A stretch of DNA of 64,000 bases from an uncultured archaeon. Its GTDB lineage: Archaea > Iainarchaeota > Iainarchaeia > Iainarchaeales > 1-14-0-10-31-34. The translations under genes and the position numbers were made by a program. Shown here piece after piece: positions 57,573 through 64,000 of the stretch (the first letter of the stretch is position 1; every line of letters starts with the position of its first letter). Where the stretch lies: positions 32,001-96,000 of the forward strand of contig CAZSOZ010000001.1 of assembly GCA_964608675.1 (NCBI GenBank), written 5' to 3'. A model generated the notes under the pieces. It was not told the DNA's origin and ran no database searches. It saw only the letters and a list, made by a program, of their open reading frames with translations.

Positions 57573-59129
57573 ATGGCTTCAATAATTAAACCGCTTGTAC
57601 ACAAAATTGCATTTGAATGCGAAGAAGCAGGCGCAACCAGATGGAACATAGCAAAAATAGTAAAAGAATTAAATGAAATGGAAACCCAAAGCGAACGAAA
57701 ACTAAAAGAAAAAGCAATTGAAATGCTCAAAGAATTAAATCCAAAAGCAGCAGAAACATATTCTTCTTTTAACAAAATGATTGTATTTACATCCAAACAA
57801 GAAAGCGAAGCATTTGACAGAGGAAACATAACAAAATCTCTTTTAAAAGAAACAAAAATTAAAAGAGGACTTGCAGAAAACATTTCAAGAGAAGTTGAAG
57901 AAAAAATAAAAGACACAAAAATTTCAAATTTAACTACTTCAATAATCAGAGAAATGGTGTGTGTAAAATTACTGGAATTGGGATTTGAAGAAATACACAA
58001 TCAATATACAAGAATAGGGATTCCTGTATTTGAAGCAGGAAAAAAAAATTCAGGAAAAGAAGCACTAAAAGAATTCAATTTGATTGCATGCATTCCAAAA
58101 AAAGCAAAAGAACTGCATTTTGAATCAACAATAAATATTCCTTTCATTGAAGATTTTAATTCCAAAGGCTTTTCGTATAATCTTCCCTTAGAAGAAAACA
58201 ACGAAACAGGAGAAAAAATAATAATTAATTCAATCAAAAAAATAAAAGAAAAAAACAAAAAGTTTTCATTTGTATGTCTTAATTACATTAATTTCAGATT
58301 AAGCAGGGCAATAGAAAAAAAAAGCAGAAAAAAAATAAAAGAACTCATTGACTTGTTTTTTGATTCAGCAAAACTTGCAGGAAAAAAATTCAGTATAAGC
58401 ATTGCTTTATTTACTCCTCAGGAATCAAACTATAAAGCATCCAAAAAAAATCTTTGGGTTTTTGCAAACGAATTCATAAAAAAATTTAATGAAAAAAAAC
58501 AAAAAAACATGGATTTAGTTGTATGCCTTGAAAACAAATTTCAATTAAAGCTTTTGGAAAAAAAATGCTTTGAAAAAGAACTGTCTTTTCTTAACATAAA
58601 AAACAATAATTTAAAAGCACAAAAAAAAGGATTATATGTAAACGGACAAGGAATACTTGCATTAAATGAAATTAATGCAGAAAAACTCTTCATTAAAGCA
58701 AAAGAAAACCAAAAAAATTTAATGGATTCAATTGAAGAAACAATTTTAATTTTAAATGACCTGTTTGAAGAAAAAGAAAAATTATTAAAAGAAAAAATAA
58801 AAGAAAGCGGACTAAAAAAATGTGTTTCATTATACGGAATTGATGCAGGAGCAATGCATTTTTCAAGACAGAATAAAGCTGAAGCAAAAAGCATTGCAAG
58901 AAGAACAAGAGAAAAAATAAGAAAACTATCAGGGAACGCAGTAGTATTAAGAAGCTTTAATTCAAAAAAAGGAAAACAAAAATTCAGAAAATACAACGAA
59001 GAAAAACTTTCAGTTAGAACAGAAAAAAAAGAACTGCAGACAACAAGTTATGCTGAAACCAAAACAAAAAAAGAATTAGAAGAAGCAATAGAAAAAAACT
59101 TTGAAAGCATTTTATTCAAACCGCATTAA
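57573..59129 (+). CDS. ATP-cone protein resembling a truncated, degenerate class III ribonucleotide reductase (NrdD)
   Basis: VFTSKQESEAFDRGNITKSLLKET...LTTSIIREMV...YTRIGIPV matches the archaeal NrdD N-terminus; catalytic and glycyl-radical motifs not found. Confidence 0.65.
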   Translation: MASIIKPLVHKIAFECEEAGATRWNIAKIVKELNEMETQSERKLKEKAIEMLKELNPKAAETYSSFNKMIVFTSKQESEAFDRGNITKSLLKETKIKRGLAENISREVEEKIKDTKISNLTTSIIREMVCVKLLELGFEEIHNQYTRIGIPVFEAGKKNSGKEALKEFNLIACIPKKAKELHFESTINIPFIEDFNSKGFSYNLPLEENNETGEKIIINSIKKIKEKNKKFSFVCLNYINFRLSRAIEKKSRKKIKELIDLFFDSAKLAGKKFSISIALFTPQESNYKASKKNLWVFANEFIKKFNEKKQKNMDLVVCLENKFQLKLLEKKCFEKELSFLNIKNNNLKAQKKGLYVNGQGILALNEINAEKLFIKAKENQKNLMDSIEETILILNDLFEEKEKLLKEKIKESGLKKCVSLYGIDAGAMHFSRQNKAEAKSIARRTREKIRKLSGNAVVLRSFNSKKGKQKFRKYNEEKLSVRTEKKELQTTSYAETKTKKELEEAIEKNFESILFKPH

Positions 59130-59851
59130 AATTCACTGTCAAACAAAACTAAACCGAATTTTTTCATATAAAGCCTTGTTTTAACTATTTCAATAAAAGG
59201 AACAACAAAAAACAAAACAATTAAAAGAGAAACATAATTTCCTGCCAAAAACAGGAAATCAAACAAAAATTCAATTAAAGGCAAAACAAACAAAAAAACA
59301 GAAGACATTAAAATTACCTTTAAAACAGTTGAAGGATTCTTAGATAAAAACTCAAAGCTGTTCTCAATACTGTGAACTATTTTTCCTTCGTCCACCACAA
59401 TGCTTTGCGGAACAAACAAAAAAACCAAAGACAAAACAAACAAAAAAACATTAATTAAAATAAACGAAACCGAAAAGAAAACCAGCAAAGAGTAAACAAA
59501 ATAAAAAAACGCAAAATACAAAACAAAAAACAAAGACAAAGAAAAACCAAATTTCTGAATTTTTTCTTTTAAGTAATAATTTAATCTTACTTTGTTTAAC
59601 TTGTTTCGAATATTAAAAATCAAAAAAGACAAAAACAACGAATAAAAAACCAAAAAAACTGAAATTGAAAGCAGTTCCACTGCCAAAACAATTAAATTAA
59701 CAGAAGACAGATTGTATTCCAAAAAAATGCTTCCTGAACCAACAAAAATGTTTTCAAACAAAATAATAAAAGAAAAAATAAGCAAAACTCCAAATAACAA
59801 ATTTAATTTGAAATTCTCAAAATAATCTCTTAAAGCAAGCTGTAAAACCAC
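59126..59851 (-). CDS. Polytopic membrane hypothetical protein
   Basis: About six TM helices; FVPQSIVVD...SIENSFEF segment; GTG start. Confidence 0.65.
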   Translation of the reverse strand: MVLQLALRDYFENFKLNLLFGVLLIFSFIILFENIFVGSGSIFLEYNLSSVNLIVLAVELLSISVFLVFYSLFLSFLIFNIRNKLNKVRLNYYLKEKIQKFGFSLSLFFVLYFAFFYFVYSLLVFFSVSFILINVFLFVLSLVFLFVPQSIVVDEGKIVHSIENSFEFLSKNPSTVLKVILMSSVFLFVLPLIEFLFDFLFLAGNYVSLLIVLFFVVPFIEIVKTRLYMKKFGLVLFDSEF

Positions 59852-59946
59852 TAAAAAACCCTAAAAAGACTTGTAAAAAACAATTTAAAATCTTTACGAG
59901 AAAAAAAAAGCAAAGAATAAATAAAAGAAAAGCACAATAATAGTAA

Positions 59947-60987
59947 ATGAACAATAAAACCATTGCTTTTATTCTGCTAATATTTTTGTTTGCTTTAATT
60001 AATTCAGTTCAAGCAGACTCCAAAACCTGCATTGAAGGAGATACTCAAATTTGCAATACCAGCCAAGGTTGTGAGTTAATTCAAACCTGCTATAAAGGAA
60101 ACTGGACTCCTCCCTGCAATGACACAAAAATCTGTACAACAGATGACGGCTGTTCTGGAACACAAACCTGTGTTAAAGCAAAATGGGGAAACTGTGTTAA
60201 AGATGACCCTTCATGCGGTTTAAAAGTTTCAATTGTTTCTCCTTCAAACGAAGACGTATATGTAATCAGTTCAAAAATTGAATTCAAATCAAATATTGAA
60301 AGCCAAGGAAACGATTATTCAGTTGAATGGGATTCAAATGCAAACGGAAAATTTTCAGTTGACGAAAATTTTGATTACTCTGGATTAAGCATTGGAGACC
60401 ATAACATTACTTTAACAGGAACTTTTGCTTCAGGAGAAACTCCAACAACAAAAACTGATTCAATTCAAATAAGCGTTATTCCGATTCCTCAAGATGCTGT
60501 AAAAACCAGTGGATTTGAAGTAATAAATCAAACAAACCCTGGCCAAAAAATAACTGAAGAAGACACAATAGAAATAAACACAACAGTATCAAATCTTACA
60601 AGACAACAAATTAATACAGAAACAAGCTTAAAAATAATTGATGCTGAAAGCGGAACCCAAATGTTTTTAGACAACAAAAATCATTTACTAGAAGGACAAG
60701 GCGGATTGGGGGGAAACGACACAGTAAACATTAAATATACAATTAAATTAAGTGAATTTAACATTACCCTAGGAAACTATAAAATAATTTTTGATGTAAA
60801 AAAAGTGCTTAACGAACAAAACACAGAAAATAATCAAAAAACAGAAATCATTACTGTGTTAAAGCCTTCAAAAGAAATGAATTTAAATGAGTTTTCTGTT
60901 TTAATTCTGCCTGTACTGTTGATTTCAATAATAATTATTCTGAAAAAAGAAAAAATAAAAAAAGCAATTAAAAAAAAGAAAAAATAA
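59947..60987 (+). CDS. Cell-surface protein with tandem Cys-rich repeats, Ig/PKD- and CARDB-like domains and a C-terminal TM anchor
   Basis: Signal peptide; TQICNTSQGC..IQTC..GNW and TKICTTDDGC..TQTC..KW; LSIGDHNITL; EQNTENNQ; TM plus poly-Lys tail. Confidence 0.7.
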   Translation: MNNKTIAFILLIFLFALINSVQADSKTCIEGDTQICNTSQGCELIQTCYKGNWTPPCNDTKICTTDDGCSGTQTCVKAKWGNCVKDDPSCGLKVSIVSPSNEDVYVISSKIEFKSNIESQGNDYSVEWDSNANGKFSVDENFDYSGLSIGDHNITLTGTFASGETPTTKTDSIQISVIPIPQDAVKTSGFEVINQTNPGQKITEEDTIEINTTVSNLTRQQINTETSLKIIDAESGTQMFLDNKNHLLEGQGGLGGNDTVNIKYTIKLSEFNITLGNYKIIFDVKKVLNEQNTENNQKTEIITVLKPSKEMNLNEFSVLILPVLLISIIIILKKEKIKKAIKKKKK

Positions 60988-61662
60988 TTAAATTTGTTTT
61001 TCTTGTTTCAAGTCATTTTGTTCTAAACTAACTTCTGGTTTTTGTTCAATGAATTCAGGCTGGTTTTCAACCGGAGCAGGCTGAACATTTAATGGCTTTC
61101 TTTTTTCCAAAGCTTCTTCTGAAACTCTCTGCATTACTTTTTTTGAAATCCATCCTGCTAAACCAGAAAAAACAAAAACAAGAAAAGCATCGTTCCTTAA
61201 AACATTCCAATAACAGACAGTTAAAGCTTGCTGGCCATTAATCATACTGTAAAAAGATAATTGTCCTGCAGAACAAACTGAATCAAAAAACAAAGGAACA
61301 TTTAAAACCAAAGCCTGTCCTGAAGCAGCAGCCAAAGCAGTAATATTAGAATAATACCAGACTAACTGAATATAAAAAGCCAAAAAAGACAAAACAACAA
61401 AAAGCAAAGGAAAATAAACTGTTAACCCAAAATTTGTTTTAAAGTAATCATTAGCCCAGTCAATCAAAAAATAAATGAAAAAAAAACCCACAAAAGGCAT
61501 TAAAAAAAAAGTGTAATCAAGCATGCTTGGATTCAAAGTAAAACCCCAGTCATGCAAAGCAATACTTGGATTAATTGCCTGAGTTATTGCAGGCAAAAAA
61601 AACAAAAAAAGATAAGTTAAAACAAACAAAAAAACTAATTTTATTTTATCTCTTGAATGCAT
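60988..61662 (-). CDS. Membrane hypothetical protein
   Basis: Four TM helices, two Cys in a loop, polar tail. Confidence 0.62.
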   Translation of the reverse strand: MHSRDKIKLVFLFVLTYLFLFFLPAITQAINPSIALHDWGFTLNPSMLDYTFFLMPFVGFFFIYFLIDWANDYFKTNFGLTVYFPLLFVVLSFLAFYIQLVWYYSNITALAAASGQALVLNVPLFFDSVCSAGQLSFYSMINGQQALTVCYWNVLRNDAFLVFVFSGLAGWISKKVMQRVSEEALEKRKPLNVQPAPVENQPEFIEQKPEVSLEQNDLKQEKQI

Positions 61663-61730
61663 TAAAAATCTTTAGTTCACAATTAATTTAAAACAATTGC
61701 TTTTCAAAAAATTTAATGAGGAAATAAAAA

Positions 61731-62693
61731 ATGGACAAAGGACTTCCTTGGGTAGAAAAATACAGGCCAAAAAAATTAAACGAAGTTGTAGGCCAAAAAG
61801 AAATAACTGAAAGACTGGAAAGCTATGTAAAAAAAGGTTCACTGCCCAACCTGCTTTTTTCTGGGCCGGCAGGAATAGGAAAAACAAGTTCTTCGGTTGC
61901 ATTAGCAAGCGAATTATATGAAAAAAGCTTTGAAAGAAATTTTTTGGAATTAAATGCATCAGATGAAAGAGGAATAGATGTAGTAAGAAAAACCATCAAA
62001 GATTTTGCGAGAACCATGGCATTTGACGCAGACTTTAAAATAATTTTTTTGGATGAAGCAGATGCATTAACTGCAGACGCACAACAGGCATTAAGAAGAA
62101 CAATGGAAAAATTCACTAAAACCTGCAGGTTTATTTTAAGTTGCAATTATTCAAGCAGAATAATTGAACCATTACAGTCAAGATGTGTTGTTTTCAGGTT
62201 TAAACCCTTGAATTCAAAAGACATAGAAGAAAAATTAAAAGAAATAGCAAAAGAAGAAATGCTTTCTTTGGATGAAGGAGCACTAAAAGCAATAACTTAT
62301 GTTTCACAAGGCGATTTAAGAAAAGCAATAAATATACTCCAAGCAAGCTCTTCAATCGACACAAAAATAAAAGAAAAAACAGTTTTTACAGTGAGTTCAA
62401 AAGCAAAACCTGAAGAAATAAAAGAATTAATAAATCTTTCACTGGAAAAAAAATTTCTTGAAGCAAGAGAAAAACTTGATGTATTATTATATGAATACGG
62501 CATGAGCGGAGAAGATGTAATCCTTCAATTATACAGAGAATTAATTGAAATGCCTGAAGAAGAAATAACAGGAAAAACAAAAATTGATTTAATTGAAAAA
62601 ATCGGGGAAGCCAACTTCAGAATAGTTGAAGGCGCAAACGAAAGAATTCAATTAGAAGCATTAATTGCTCAATTCATGAAATACAAAAAATAA
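61731..62693 (+). CDS. rfcS: Replication factor C small subunit
   Basis: PWVEKYRP, GPAGIGKT, LELNASDERGID, LDEADALT, QSRC, GDLRKAIN; no intein. Confidence 0.97.
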   Translation: MDKGLPWVEKYRPKKLNEVVGQKEITERLESYVKKGSLPNLLFSGPAGIGKTSSSVALASELYEKSFERNFLELNASDERGIDVVRKTIKDFARTMAFDADFKIIFLDEADALTADAQQALRRTMEKFTKTCRFILSCNYSSRIIEPLQSRCVVFRFKPLNSKDIEEKLKEIAKEEMLSLDEGALKAITYVSQGDLRKAINILQASSSIDTKIKEKTVFTVSSKAKPEEIKELINLSLEKKFLEAREKLDVLLYEYGMSGEDVILQLYRELIEMPEEEITGKTKIDLIEKIGEANFRIVEGANERIQLEALIAQFMKYKK

Positions 62694-62806
62694 AAAAACA
62701 CATATATTAATGCTCCATCACAGATGGAGCGATATATTCCGGTGCGCCCGATCGGAATCGGGCAAGCATTAATTGCTCAATTCATGAAATACAAAAAATA
62801 AAAAAA
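62656..62806. repeat. 43-bp direct repeat of the rfcS 3' end flanking a 65-bp double-hairpin insert
   Basis: aagcattaattgctcaattcatgaaatacaaaaaataaaaaaa at 62656-62698 and 62764-62806; hairpins gctccatc-aca-gatggagc and gcccgat-cgga-atcgggc between. Confidence 0.9.
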
Positions 62807-62837
62807 ATTATCCGAGTTATTTCCTAAAAAAAACAAA

Positions 62838-63209
62838 ATGAAAGAAATAAATAATACAAAAAACAGTATTTATTGTATGACTGTAATTGCAGGAATAATC
62901 GGCTTGTTTGTTCCAGGAACAGGACAAGTTTACCACAGAAAATATATTGAAGGAGCATTAATTTTCTTTTTATGGCTTTTATGGATAGTTCTTGCAAAAT
63001 ATTTTTTTGAATTAGAACCAGTTTATGTTTTGATTGGCTGGGGAGTATTTGCATTTTACAGTGCAATCGACGGAATACTTTTTGAAGACAAAAAAACAAG
63101 AGAAGAAGACATCAGAATAAAAGAATTTGAAGAAATGAAGAAACTAAAAGAAAAAAAAGAAGAATTTAAAAAAATAGATAAAGAAACAAGAGAAACATTC
63201 AATGACTAA
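62838..63209 (+). CDS. Small membrane protein (TM2-like PGTGQ.Y motif) with charged tail
   Basis: GLFVPGTGQVY, three TM helices, YSAIDG. Confidence 0.65.
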   Translation: MKEINNTKNSIYCMTVIAGIIGLFVPGTGQVYHRKYIEGALIFFLWLLWIVLAKYFFELEPVYVLIGWGVFAFYSAIDGILFEDKKTREEDIRIKEFEEMKKLKEKKEEFKKIDKETRETFND

Positions 63210-64000
63210 AAAAAATCTGAAATTTTTTTTTGATTTAATTCCTTTAAAACTTTTGATTCAGTTAAATAATTTTTTAAAGGAACCGCTAATTTTGATGACA
63301 TAAATTTCAAAGCTAAATGCAAATCAAAAAACCTTAAAGGCTTTTTTTTGAGTGCATCGCGAACTGTTTCACGAATAACCCAAACACCTAAAGGAATGCC
63401 ATAGTTTTCGCCTATTTCCCTGAAAACAATTGCTTTAGCCTGCCTTCTTTCAGCATAAAGAAACTCGCATACAGCAAGCCTTGCAGCATAATATGCTCCA
63501 GAAACAGCAGAAGCATAATTTTTTCTTCCCTTGAATGACTCAAAATCAGAAACAATTCTTGTTTCTTTTCCCTGAATCCAAACAGATTCAGGTTTCCATG
63601 CTTCAAGTTGTTCAAAAGACCATGTTCCGGGCAAAAGCAAAACAAAAAAACCGTTATCCAAATAACTAGAATAAAATAATTGAATGAAATCTGTTTCCTT
63701 AAAATACTTTATTTTTTCAATTAATTTTTTTGAAACAAGGTCATCAACAGCAGTAATGCTCCAGCGGGTAGGAACTAATTTTCTTTTCTTTTTTAATCCA
63801 AGCAATCCAGCAGAAAGAATTTTCTGCAGGGAATTCACTGAAACATTAGAAAAATATAATTTATTTAATCCTTCAGTTGAAATTAAATCAGTATCAGAAG
63901 CAATGTAATCAATTTTTTTGGGAATTTTTGGATTTTCATTCAAAGAAAAACTTTTTAGTTCTCCTTTAGGCCCTGAAGGAACAGAAGAAAAATCAAAAGA
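63206..64000 (-). CDS. nreA: Nre-family PCNA-interacting DNA repair protein (5' end outside window)
   Basis: LSAGLLG, LVPTRWSITAVDD, GAYYAARLAVCE, IPLGVWVIRETVR, C-terminal PIP box QKKISDFF; frame open to the window edge. Confidence 0.9.
   Translation of the reverse strand, partial: SFDFSSVPSGPKGELKSFSLNENPKIPKKIDYIASDTDLISTEGLNKLYFSNVSVNSLQKILSAGLLGLKKKRKLVPTRWSITAVDDLVSKKLIEKIKYFKETDFIQLFYSSYLDNGFFVLLLPGTWSFEQLEAWKPESVWIQGKETRIVSDFESFKGRKNYASAVSGAYYAARLAVCEFLYAERRQAKAIVFREIGENYGIPLGVWVIRETVRDALKKKPLRFFDLHLALKFMSSKLAVPLKNYLTESKVLKELNQKKISDFF

Noticed and set aside
62656-62806. Mini CRISPR array or integron attC
   Set aside because: Only two repeats, which are coding sequence of rfcS. The spacer rather than the repeat is palindromic. 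No cas genes and no RYYYAAC/GTTRRRY ends.
263-63908. Numerous antisense and alternate-frame ORFs in the track (for example 263-688, 37294-37896, 50004-50561)
   Set aside because: Phe/Ser/Leu-rich shadows of Lys/Glu-rich genes on the opposite strand; no motifs or start signals.

Overview
AT-rich archaeal chromosome segment made mostly of core housekeeping genes. The gene set and style point to a DPANN archaeon, most like Iainarchaeota/Diapherotrites; this is inferred from the separate priS/priL genes, a Methanococcales-type S-layer fold, EppA-type pilins and many apparently leaderless genes with TATA boxes about 25 nt upstream of ATG. Replication and repair: two divergent PCNAs, PriL, PriS, GINS, RFC large and small subunits, Orc1/Cdc6, TopA, EndoQ, Nre. 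Translation and RNA: aRF1, TruD, aIF2-alpha, eS27, PheS/PheT, RNase Z, Csl4, RpoL, YchF, a short NFACT protein. Proteostasis: LonB, CDC48, PAC2, SPFH, site-2 protease, signal peptidase. Envelope: a 940-aa S-layer gene beside glycosylation genes, and a six-gene pilin-like locus. I saw no tRNA, rRNA, CRISPR array, transposase or integrase. The observations most worth following up are: (1) strong enrichment of D-x-N-hydrophobic motifs in the S-layer protein, mostly without the canonical +2 S/T, possibly a non-canonical glycosylation or metal-binding motif; (2) two divergent PCNA paralogs, one lacking the LAPR motif; (3) an unannotated 35-aa hyperacidic peptide gene between priL and priS; (4) a 65-bp double-hairpin insert flanked by a perfect 43-bp duplication of the rfcS 3' end; (5) a candidate structured ncRNA near 54.3-54.4 kb; (6) a pilin locus bracketed by a membrane-tethered regulator and a site-2 protease, with a palindromic operator; (7) a catalytically dead NrdD-like ATP-cone protein; (8) an extra HTH domain fused to PheS. 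All family calls come from motifs recognised by eye; no database searches were run.
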